In this document: positions 47,455 to 59,400 of the stretch, piece by piece
Position numbering within the stretch: the first letter of the stretch is position 1
How the letters are laid out: the number at the start of each line of letters is the position of its first letter
Assembly (NCBI GenBank): GCA_004431415.1
Contig: QPMI01000454.1
Coordinates: forward strand, 21,558 to 85,557
Origin: Cyanophora paradoxa CCMP329
Lineage: Eukaryota > Plantae > Glaucophyta
DNA length: 64,000 nt
Reading direction: 5' to 3'
Notes under the pieces: generated by a model
Databases searched by the model: none
What the model was told of the DNA's origin: nothing
The model's input: only the letters and a program-made list of their open reading frames with translations
Translations under genes and position numbers: made by a program

Positions 47455-50400
47455 GAGGGATCTGCGCTTGAGGCCGGCAGGCAAGGCGGCGACGGCCGGG
47501 GTACCGGTACAGGAACATCTGGAACGGGATGTGCACCTTGGGACGGGAAGCTTGCTTCTGGCAGCTGGCAGTGAGGGCAAAAAGGATCACTGGAGCTGTT
47601 TAAGGTCGGATTCGGTCTTGGCTAGGTTCAGAATGCTGCGCAAAAAATCCACGCTCCCCGCCGCCAGGGTACAGGGTGGCGGACCCTCTGCGAAAACAGG
47701 TGTCCGAGGGGGGCGCTCAGTCGGCAAGGGGATCTGCGCTTGAGGCCACCCTGTGCATGTCAGATTTCGTACAGAGCTGCCTGCACTCTCTCAAGGTACA
47801 GGGAGGGGGTCGGCAGCCAAGGCGGCGACGGCCGGGGTACAGGAACATCTGGAACGGGATGCGCACCTTGGGACGGGAACTTTCGGAAGCTTGCTTCGGG
47901 CAGCTGGCAGTGAGTGCAAAAAAGATCACTGCTGCTGTTTAAGGTCGTATTCGGTCTTGGCTAGTGTAGGGCTGCTGCGCAAAAAATCCACGCTCCCCGC
48001 CGCCAGGGTGCAGGGTGGTGGGCCCTCTGCAAAAACGGGTGTCCGAGGGGGACGCTCAGTCGGCAAGGGGATCTGCGCTTGAGGCCACCCTTTTCATGTC
48101 AGATTTCGTACAGAGCTGCCTGCACTCTCTCAAGGTGCAGGGAGGGGGTCGGCAGCCAAGGCGGCGACGGCCGGGGTACAGGAACATCTGGAACGGGATG
48201 CGCACCTTGGGACGGGAAGCTTGCTTCGGGCAGCTGGCGGTGAGGGCAAAAAAGGATCACTGCTGCTGTTTAAGGTCGGATTCGGTCTTGGATAGGTTCG
48301 GGCTGCTGCGCAAAAATCCACGCTCCCCGCCGCCAGGGTACAGGGTGGCGGACCATCTGCAAAAACAGGTGTCCGAGGGGGGCGCTCAGTCGGCAAGGGG
48401 ATCTGCGCTTGAGGCCACCCTGTGCATGTCATATTTCGTGCAGAGCTGCCTGCACTCTCTCAAGGTGCAGGGAGGGGGTCGGCAGCCAAGGCGGCGACGG
48501 CCGGGGTACAGGAACATCTGGAACGGGATGCGCACCTTGGGACGGGAACTTTCGGAAGCTTGCTTCGGGCAGCTGGCAGTGAGGGCAAAAAAGGATCACT
48601 GGAGCTGTTTAAGGTCGGATTCGGTCTTGGCTAGGGTCGGTCTGCTGCGCAAATAATCCACGCTCCCCGCCGCCAGGGTACAGGGTGGTAGGCCCTCTGC
48701 AAAAACGGGTGTCCGAGGGGGACGCTCAGTCGGCAAGGGGATCTGCTCTTGAGGCCACCCTGTGCATGTCAGATTTCGTACAGAGCTGCCTGCACTCTCT
48801 CAAGGTGCATGCAGGGGGTCAGCAGCCAAGGCGGCGACGGCCGGGGTACAGGAACATCTGGAACGGGATGCGCACCTTGGGACGGGAACTTTCGGAAGCT
48901 TGCTTCGGGCAGCTGGCAGTGAGGGCAAAAAAGATCACTGCTGCTGTTTAAGGTCGTATTTGGTCTTGGCTAGTGTAGGGCTGCTGCGCAAAAAATCCAC
49001 GCTCCCCGCCGCCAGGGTACAGGGTGGTGGGCCCTCTGCAAAAACGGGTGTCCGAGGGGGACGCTCAGTCGGCAAGGGGATCTGCGCTTGAGGCCACCCT
49101 GTGCATGTCAGATTTCGTACAGAGCTGCCTGCACTCTCTCAAGGTGCAGGGAGGGGGTCGGCAGCCAAGGCGGCGACGGCTGGGGTACAGGAACATCTGG
49201 AACGGGATGCGCACCTTGGGACGGGAAGCTTGCTTCGGGCAGCTGGCAGTGAGGGCAAAAAAGGATCACTGCTGCTATTTAAGGTCGTATTCGGTCTTGG
49301 CTAGGGTCGGGCTGCTGCGCAAATAATCCACGCTCCCCGCCGCCAGGGTACAGGGTGGCGGACCCTCTGCAAAAACGGGTGTCCGAGGGGGGCGCTCAGT
49401 CGGCAAGGGGATCTGCGCTTGAGGCCACCCTGTGCATGTCAGATTTCGTACAGAGCTGCCTGCACTCTCTCAAGGTGCATGCAGGGGGTCGGCAGCCAAG
49501 GCGGCGACGGCCGGGGTACAGGAACATCTGGAACGGGATGCGCACCTTGGGACGGGAACTTTCGGAAGCTTGCTTCGGGCAGCTGGCAGTGAGTGCAAAA
49601 AAGATCACTGCTGCTGTTTAAGGTCGTATTCGGTCTTGGCTAGTGTAGGGCTGCTGCGCAAAAAATCCACGCTTCCCGCCGCCAGGGTGCAGGGTGGTGG
49701 GCCCTCTGCAAAAACGGGTGTCCGAGGGGGACGCTCAGTCGGCAAGGGGATCTGCGCTTGAGGCCACCCTGTGCATGTCAGATTTCGTACAGAGCTGCCT
49801 GCACTCTCTCAAGATGCAGGGAGGGGGACGGCAGCAAGGCGGCGACGGCCGGGGTACAGGAACATCTGGAACGGGATGCGCACCTTGGGACGGGAACTTT
49901 CGGAAGCTTGCTTCGGGCAGCTGGCAGTGAGTGCAAAAAAGATCACTGCTGCTGTTTAAGGTCGGATTCGGTCTTGGATAGGTTCGGGCTGCTGCGCAAA
50001 AATCCACGCTCCCCGCCGCCAGGGTGCAGGGTGGCGGACCATCGATATCTGCAAAAACAGGTGTCCGAGGGGGGCGCTCAGTCGGCAAGGGGATCTGCGC
50101 TTGAGGCCACCCTGTGCATGTCATATTTCGTGCAGAGCTGCCTGCACTCTCTCAAGGTGCATGCAGGGGGTCGGCAGCCAAGGCGGCGACGGCCGGGGTA
50201 CAGGAACATCTGGAACGGGATGCGCACCTTGGGACGGGAAGCTTGCTTCGGGCAGCTGGCAGTGAGTGCAAAAAAGATCACTGCTGCTGTTTAAGGTCGG
50301 ATTCAGTCTTGGATAGGTTCGGGCTGCTGCGCAAAGAATCCACGCTCCCCGCCGCCAGGGTACAGGGTGGTGGGCCCTCTGCAAAAACGGGTGTCCGAGG

Positions 50401-53400
50401 GGGACGCTCAGTCGGCAAGGGGATCTGCGCTTGAGGCCACCCTTTGCATGTCAGATTTCGTACAGAGCTGCCTGCACTCTCTCAAGGTGCAGGGAGGGGG
50501 TCGGCAGCCAAGGCGGCGACGGCCGGGGTACAGGAACATCTGGAACGGGATGCGCACCTTGGGACGGGAAGCTTGCTTCGGGCAGCTGGCAGTGAGGGCA
50601 AAAAAGGATCACTGCTGCTGTTTAAGGTCGGATTCAGTCTTGGATAGGTTCGGGCTGCTGCGCAAAAAATCCACGCTCCCCGCCGCCAGGGTGCAGGGTG
50701 GCGGACCCTCTGCAAAAACGGGTGTCCGAGGGGGACGCTCAGTCGGCAAGGGGATCTGCGCTTGAGGCCACCCTGTGCATGTCATATTTCGTGCAGAGCT
50801 GCCTGCACTCTCTCAAGGTGCATGCAGGGGGTCGGCAGCCAAGGCGGCGACGGCCGGGGTACAGGAACATCTGGAACGGGATGCGCACCTTGGGACGGGA
50901 AGCTTGCTTCGGGCAGCTGGCAGTGAGGGCAAAAAAGGATCACTGCTGCTGTTTAAGGTCGGATTCAGTCTTGGATAGGTTCGGGCTGCTGCGCAAAAAA
51001 TCCACGCTCCCCGCCGCCAGGGTGCAGGGTGGCGGACCCTCTGCAAAAACGGGTGTCCGAGGGGGACGCTCAGTCGGCAAGGGGATCTGCGCTTGAGGCC
51101 ACCCTGTGCATGTCATATTTCGTGCAGAGCTGCCTGCACTCTCTCAAGGTGCAGGGAGGGGGTCGGCAGCCAAGGCGGCGACGGCCGGGGTACAGGAACA
51201 TCTGGAACGGGATGCGCACCTTGGGACGGGAAGCTTGCTTCGGGCAGCTGGCAGTGAGTGCAAAAAAGATCACTGCTGCTGTTTAAGGTCGTATTCGGTC
51301 TTGGCTAGGGTCGGTCTGCTGCGCAAAAAATCCACGCTCCCCGCCGCCAGGGTACAGGGTGGCGGACCCTCTGCAAAAACAGGTGTCCGAGGGGGGCGCT
51401 CAGTCGGCAAGGGGATCTGCGCTTGAGGCCACCCTGTGCATGTCATATTTCGTGCAGAGCTGCCTGCACTCTCTCAAGGTGCATGCAGGGGGTCAGCAGC
51501 CAAGGCGGCGACGGCCGGGGTACAGGAACATCTGGAACGGGATGCGCACCTTGGGACGGGAACTTTCGGAAGCTTGCTTCGGGCAGCTGGCAGTGAGTGC
51601 AAAAAAGATCACTGCTGCTGTTTAAGGTCGTATTTGGTCTTGGCTAGTGTAGGGCTGCTGCGCAAAAAATCCACGCTCCCCGCCGCCAGGGTACAGGGTG
51701 GCGGACCCTCTGCAAAAACGGGTGTCCGAGGGGGGCGCTCAGTCGGCAAGGGGATCTGCGCTTGAGGCCACCCTGTGCATGTCAGATTTCGTACAGAGCT
51801 GCCTGCACTCTCTCAAGGTGCATGCAGGGGGTCGGCAGCCAAGGCGGCGACGGCCGGGGTACAGGAACATCTGGAACGGGATGCGCACCTTGGGACGGGA
51901 ACTTTCGGAAGCTTGCTTCGGGCAGCTGGCAGTGAGTGCAAAAAAGATCACTGCTGCTGTTTAAGGTCGGATTCAGTCTTGGATAGGTTCGGGCTGCTGC
52001 GCAAAGAATCCACGCTCCCCGCCGCCAGGGTACAGGGTGGTGGGCCCTCTGCAAAAACGGGTGTCCGAGGGGGACGCTCAGTCGGCAAGGGGATCTGCGC
52101 TTGAGGCCACCCTTTGCATGTCAGATTTCGTACAGAGCTGCCTGCACTCTCTCAAGGTGCAGGGAGGGGGTCGGCAGCCAAGGCGGCGACGGCCGGGGTA
52201 CAGGAACATCTGGAACGGGATGCGCACCTTGGGACGGGAAGCTTGCTTCGGGCAGCTGGCAGTGAGGGCAAAAAAGGATCACTGCTGCTGTTTAAGGTCG
52301 GATTCAGTCTTGGATAGTGTAGGGCTGCTGCGCAAAAAATCCACGCTCCCCGCCGCCAGGGTGCAGGGTGGCGGACCCTCTGCAAAAACGGGTGTCCGAG
52401 GGGGACGCTCAGTCGGCAAGGGGATCTGCGCTTGAGGCCACCCTGTGCATGTCATATTTCGTGCAGAGCTGCCTGCACTCTCTCAAGGTGCATGCAGGGG
52501 GTCGGCAGCCAAGGCGGCGACGGCCGGGGTACAGGAACATCTGGAACGGGATGCGCACCTTGGGACGGGAAGCTTGCTTCGGGCAGCTGGCAGTGAGGGC
52601 AAAAAAGGATCACTGCTGCTGTTTAAGGTCGGATTCAGTCTTGGATAGGTTCGGGCTGCTGCGCAAAAAATCCACGCTCCCCGCCGCCAGGGTGCAGGGT
52701 GGCGGACCCTCTGCAAAAACGGGTGTCCGAGGGGGACGCTCAGTCGGCAAGGGGATCTGCGCTTGAGGCCACCCTGTGCATGTCATATTTCGTGCAGAGC
52801 TGCCTGCACTCTCTCAAGGTGCATGCAGGGGGTCGGCAGCCAAGGCGGCGACGGCCGGGGTACAGGAACATCTGGAACGGGATGCGCACCTTGGGACGGG
52901 AAGCTTGCTTCGGGCAGCTGGCAGTGAGTGCAAAAAAGATCACTGCTGCTGTTTAAGGTCGTATTCGGTCTTGGCTAGGGTCGGTCTGCTGCGCAAAAAA
53001 TCCACGCTCCCCGCCGCCAGGGTACAGGGTGGCGGACCCTCTGCAAAAACAGGTGTCCGAGGGGGGCGCTCAGTCGGCAAGGGGATCTGCGCTTGAGGCC
53101 ACCCTGTGCATGTCATATTTCGTGCAGAGCTGCCTGCACTCTCTCAAGGTGCATGCAGGGGGTCAGCAGCCAAGGCGGCGACGGCCGGGGTACAGGAACA
53201 TCTGGAACGGGATGCGCACCTTGGGACGGGAACTTTCGGAAGCTTGCTTCGGGCAGCTGGCAGTGAGTGCAAAAAAGATCACTGCTGCTGTTTAAGGTCG
53301 TATTTGGTCTTGGCTAGTGTAGGGCTGCTGCGCAAAGAATCCACGCTCCCCGCCGCCAGGGTACAGGGTGGCGGACCCTCTGCAAAAACGGGTGTCCGAG

Positions 53401-56400
53401 GGGGGCGCTCAGTCGGCAAGGGGATCTGCGCTTGAGGCCACCCTGTGCATGTCAGATTTCGTACAGAGCTGCCTGCACTCTCTCAAGGTGCATGCAGGGG
53501 GTCGGCAGCCAAGGCGGCGACGGCCGGGGTACAGGAACATCTGGAACGGGATGCGCACCTTGGGACGGGAACTTTCGGAAGCTTGCTTCGGGCAGCTGGC
53601 AGTGAGTGCAAAAAAGATCACTGCTGCTGTTTAAGGTCGTATTTGGTCTTGGCTAGTGTAGGGCTGCTGCGCAAAAAATCCACGCTCCCCGCCGCCAGGG
53701 TACAGGGTGGTGGGCCCTCTGCAAAAACGGGTGTCCGAGGGGGACGCTCAGTCGGCAAGGGGATCTGCGCTTGAGGCCACCCTGTGCATGTCAGATTTCG
53801 TACGGAGCTGCCTGCACTCTCTCAAGGCGCAGGGAGGGGGTCGGCAGCCAAGGCGGCGACGGCCGGGGTACAGGAACATCTGGAACGGGATGCGCACCTT
53901 GGGACGGGAACTTTCGGAAGCTTGCTTCGGGCAGCTGGCAGTGAGGGCAAAAAAGGATCACTGCTGCTATTTAAGGTCGTATTCGGTCTTGGCTAGGGTC
54001 GGGCTGCTTCGCAAAAAATCCACGCTCCCCGCCGCCAGGGTACAGGGTGGCGGACCCTCTGCAAAAACAGGTGTCCGAGGGGGGTGCTCAGTCGGGAAGG
54101 GGATCTGCGCTTGAGGCCACCCTGTGCATGTCAGATTTCGTACAGAGCCGCCTGCACTCTCTCAAGGTGCATGCAGGGGGTCGGCAGCCAAGGCGGCGAC
54201 GGCCGGGGTACAGGAACATCTGGAACGGGATGCGCACCTTGGGACGGGAACTTTCGGAAGCTTGCTTCGGGCAGCTGGCAGTGAGTGCAAAAAAGATCAC
54301 TGCTGCTGTTTAAGGTCGTATTCGGTCTTGGCTAGTGTAGGGCTGCTGCGCAAAAAATCCACGCTCCCCGCCGCCAGGGTGCAGGGTGGTGGGCCCTCTG
54401 CAAAAACGGGTGTCCGAGGGGGACGCTCAGTCGGCAAGGGGATCTGCGCTTGAGGCCACCCTGTGCATGTCAGATTTTGTACAGAGCTGCCTGCACTCTC
54501 TCAAGATGCAGGGAGGGGGACGGCAGCAAGGCGGCGACGGCCGGGGTACAGGAACATCTGGAACGGGATGCGCACCTTGGGACGGGAACTTTCGGAAGCT
54601 TGCTTCGGGCAGCTGGCAGTGAGTGCAAAAAAGATCACTGCTGCTGTTTAAGGTCGTATTCGGTCTTGGCTAGTGTAGGGCTGCTGCGCAAAAAATCCAC
54701 GCTCCCCGCCGCCAGGGTGCAGGGTGGTGGGCCCTCTGCAAAAACGGGTGTCCGAGGGGGACGCTCAGTCCGCAAGGGGATCTGCGCTTGAGGCCACCCT
54801 TGCATGTCAGATTTCGTACAGAGCTCGCACATACCATGCTATCCATGAGACTAACTAAGTAATACGTTTATCATCGCCCAAATACGATTTAAGAGCTGCC
54901 TGCACTCTCTCAAGGTGCATGCAGGGGGTCGGCAGCCAAGGCGGCGACGGCCGGGGTACAGGAACATCTGGAACGGGATGCGCACCTTGGGACGGGAAGC
55001 TTGCTTCGGGCAGCTGGCAGTGAGGGCAAAAAAGGATCACTGCTGCTGTTTAAGGTCGGATTCAGTCTTGGATAGGTTCGGGCTGCTGCGCAAAAAATCC
55101 ACGCTCCCCGCCGCCAGGGTACAGGGTGGTAGGCCCTCTGCAAAAACGGGTGTCCGAGGGGGACGCTCAGTCGGCAAGGGGATCTGCGCTTGAGGCCACC
55201 CTGTGCATGTCAGATTTCGTGCAGAGCTGCCTGCACTCTCTCAAGGTGCATGCAGGGGGTCGGCAGCCAAGGCGGCGACGGCCGGGGTACAGGAACATCT
55301 GGAACGGGATGCGCACCTTGGGACGGGAACTTTCGGAAGCTTGCTTCGGGCAGCTGGCAGTGAGGGCAAAAAAGGATCACTGCTGCTATTTAAGGTCGGA
55401 TTCAGTCTTGGATAGGTTCGGGCTGCTGCGCAAAAAATCCACGCTCCCCGCCGCCAGGGTACAGGGTGGTGGGCCCTCTGTAAAAACGGGTGTCCGAGGG
55501 GGATGCTCAGTCGGCAAGGGGATCTGCGCTTGAGGCCACCCTGTGCATGTCAGATTTCGTACAGAGCTGCCTGCACTCTCTCAAGGTGCAGGGAGGGGGT
55601 CGGCAGCCAAGGCGGCGACGGCCGGGGTACAGGAACATCTGGAACGGGATGCGCACCTTGGGACGGGAAGCTTGCTTCGGGCAGCTGGCAGTGAGGGCAA
55701 AAAAGATCACTGCTGCTATTTAAGGTCGGATTCAGTCTTGGATAGGTTCGGGCTGCTGCGCAAAACAATCCACGCTCCCCGCCGCCAGGGTACAGGGTGG
55801 TAGGCCCTCTGCAAAAACGGGTGTCCGAGGGGGACGCTCAGTCGGCAAGGGGATCTGCGCTTGAGGCCACCCTGTGCATGTCAGATTTCGTACAGAGCTG
55901 CCTGCACTCTCTCAAGGTGCATGCAGGGGGTCGGCAGCCAAGGCGGCGACGGCCGGGGTACAGGAACATCTGGAACGGGATGCGCACCTTGGGACGGGAA
56001 CTTTTGGAAGCTTGCTTCGGGCAGCTGGCAGTGAGTGCAAAAAAGATCACTGCTGCTGTTTAAGGTCGGATTCGGTCTTGGATAGGTTCGGGCTGCTGCG
56101 CAAAAAATCCACGCTCCCCGCCGCCAGGGTACAGGGTGGTGGGCCCTCTGCAAAAACGGGTGTCCGAGGGGGACGCTCAGTCGGCAAGGGGATCTGCGCT
56201 TGAGGCCACCCTTTGCATGTCAGATTTCGTACAGAGCTGCCTGCACTCTCTCAAGGTGCAGGGAGGGGGTCGGCAGCCAAGGCGGCGACGGCCGGGGTAC
56301 AGGAACATCTGGAACGGGATGCGCACCTTGGGACGGGAACTTTCGGAAGCTTGCTTCGGGCAGCTGGCAGTGAGTGCAAAAAAGATCACTGCTGCTGTTT

Positions 56401-59400
56401 AAGGTCGTATTCGGTCTTGGCTAGGGTCGGTCTGCTGCGCAAAAAATCCACGCTCCCCGCCGCCAGGGTACAGGGTGGCGGACCCTCTGCAAAAACGGGT
56501 GTCCGAGGGGGATGCTCAGTCGGCAAGGGGATCTGCGCTTGAGGCCACCCTGTGCATGTCAGATTTCGTACAGAGCTGCCTGCACTCTCTCAAGGTGTAT
56601 GCAGGGGGTCGGCAGCCAAGGCGGCGACGGCCGGGGTACAGGAACATCTGGAACGGGATGCGCACCTTGGGACGGGAAGCTTGCTTCGGGCAGCTGGCAG
56701 TGAGGGCAAAAAAGGATCACTGCTGCTATTTAAGGTCGGATTCAGTCTTGGATAGGTTCGGGCTGCTGCGCAAAAAATCCACGCTCCCCGCCGCCAGGGT
56801 ACAGGGTGGTGGGCCCTCTGCAAAAACGGGTGTCCGAGGGGGACGCTCAGTCGGCAAGGGGATCTGCGCTTGAGGCCACCCTTTGCATGTCAGATTTCGT
56901 ACAGAGCTGCCTGCACTCTCTCAAGGTGCAGGGAGGGGGTCGGCAGCCAAGGCGGCGACGGCCGGGGTACAGGAACATCTGGAACGGGATGCGCACCTTG
57001 GGACGGGAACTTTCGGAAGCTTGCTTCGGGCAGCTGGCAGTGAGGGCAAAAAAGGATCACTGCTGCTGTTTAAGGTCGGATTCAGTCTTGGATAGGTTCG
57101 GGCTGCTGCGCAAAAAATCCACGCTCCCCGCCGCCAGGGTACAGGGTGGTAGGCCCTCTGCAAAAACGGGTGTCCGAGGGGGACGCTCAGTCGGCAAGGG
57201 GATCTGCGCTTGAGGCCACCCTGTGCATGTCAGATTTCGTACAGAGCTGCCTGCACTCTCTCAAGGTGCATGCAGGGGGTCGGCAGCCAAGGCGGCGACG
57301 GCCGGGGTACAGGAACATCTGGAACGGGATGCGCACCTTGGGACGGGAACTTTTGGAAGCTTGCTTCGGGCAGCTGGCAGTGAGGGCAAAAAAGATCACT
57401 GCTGCTGTTTAAGGTCGGATTCAGTCTTGGATAGGTTCGGGCTGCTGCGCAAAAAATCCACGCTCCCCGCCGCCAGGGTACAGGGTGGTGGGCCCTCTGT
57501 AAAAACGGGTGTCCGAGGGGGATGCTCAGTCGGCAAGGGGATCTGCGCTTGAGGCCACCCTGTGCATGTCAGATTTCGTACAGAGCTGCCTGCACTCTCT
57601 CAAGGTGTATGCAGGGGGTCGGCAGCCAAGGCGGCGACGGCCGGGGTACAGGAACATCTGGAACGGGATGCGCACCTTGGGACGGGAAGCTTGCTTCGGG
57701 CAGCTGGCAGTGAGGGCAAAAAAGGATCACTGCTGCTATTTAAGGTCGGATTCAGTCTTGGATAGGTTCGGGCTGCTGCGCAAAAAATCCACGCTCCCCG
57801 CCGCCAGGGTACAGGGTGGTAGGCCCTCTGCAAAAACGGGTGTCCGAGGGGGACGCTCAGTCGGCAAGGGGATCTGCGCTTGAGGCCACCCTGTGCATGT
57901 CAGATTTCGTACAGAGCTGCCTGCACTCTCTCAAGGTGCATGCAGGGGGTCGGCAGCCAAGGCGGCGACGGCCGGGGTACAGGAACATCTGGAACGGGAT
58001 GCGCACCTTGGAAGGGAACTTTCGGAAGCTTGCTTCGGGCAGCTGGCAGTGAGTGCAAAAAAGATCACTGCTGCTGTTTAAGGTCGGATTCGGTCTTGGA
58101 TAGGTTCGGGCTGCTGCGCAAAAAATCCACGCTCCCCGCCGCCAGGGTACAGGGTGGCGGGCCCTCTGCAAAAACGGGTGTCCGAGGTGGACGCTCAGTC
58201 GGCAAGGGGATCTGCGCTTGAGGCCACCCTGTGCATGTCAGATTTCGTACAGAGCTGCCTGCACTCTCTCAAGGTGCAGGGAGGGGGTCGGCAGCCAAGG
58301 CGGCGACGGCCGGGGTACAGGAACATCTGGAACGGGATGCGCACCTTGGGACGGGAAGCTTGCTTCGGGCAGCTGGCAGTGAGGGCAAAAAAGGATCACT
58401 GCTGCTGTTTAAGGTCGGATTCAGTCTTGGATAGGTTTGGGCTGCCGCGCAAAAAATCCACGCTCCCCGCCGCCAGGGTACAGGGTGGCGGACCCTCTGC
58501 AAAAACGGGTGTCCGAGGGGGGCGCTCAGTCGGCAAGGGGATCTGCGCTTGAGGCCACCCTGTGCATGTCAGATTTCGTACAGAGCTGCCTGCACTCTCT
58601 CAAGGTGCATGCAGGGGGTCGGCAGCCTAGGCGGTGACGGCCGGGGTACAGGAACATCTGGAACGGGATGCGCACCTTGGGACGGGAACTTTCGGAAGCT
58701 TGCTTCGGGCAGCTGGCAGTGAGGGCAAAAAAGGATCACTGGAGCTGTTTAAGGTCGGATTCAGTCTTGGATAGGTTTGGGCTGCTGCGCAAAAAATCCA
58801 CGCTCCCCGCCGCCAGGGTACAGGGTGGTGGGCCCTCTGCAAAAACGGGTGTCCGAGGGGGACGCTCAGTCGGCAAGGGGATCTGCGCTTGAGGCCACCC
58901 TTTGCATGTCAGATTTCGTACAGAGCTGCCTGCACTCTCTCAAGGTGCAGGGAGGGGGTCGGCAGCCAAGGCGGCGACGGCCGGGGTACAGGAACATCTG
59001 GAACAGGATGCGCACCTTGGGACGGGAACTTTCGGAAGCTTGCTTCGGGCAGCTGGCGGTGAGTGCAAAAAAGATCACTGCTGCTGTTTAAGGTCGGATT
59101 CAGTCTTGGATAGGTTCGGGCTGCTGCGCAAAAAATCCACGCTCCCCGCCGCCAGGGTACAGGGTGGTGGGCCCTCTGTAAAAACGGGTGTCCGAGGGGG
59201 ATGCTCAGTCGGCAAGGGGATCTGCGCTTGAGGCCACCCTGTGCATGTCAGATTTCGTACAGAGCTGCCTGCACTCTCTCAAGGTGCAGGGAGGGGGTCG
59301 GCAGCCAAGGCGGCGACGGCCGGGGTACAGGAACATCTGGAACGGGATGCGCACCTTGGGACGGGAAGCTTGCTTCGGGCAGCTGGCAGTCAGGGCAAAA

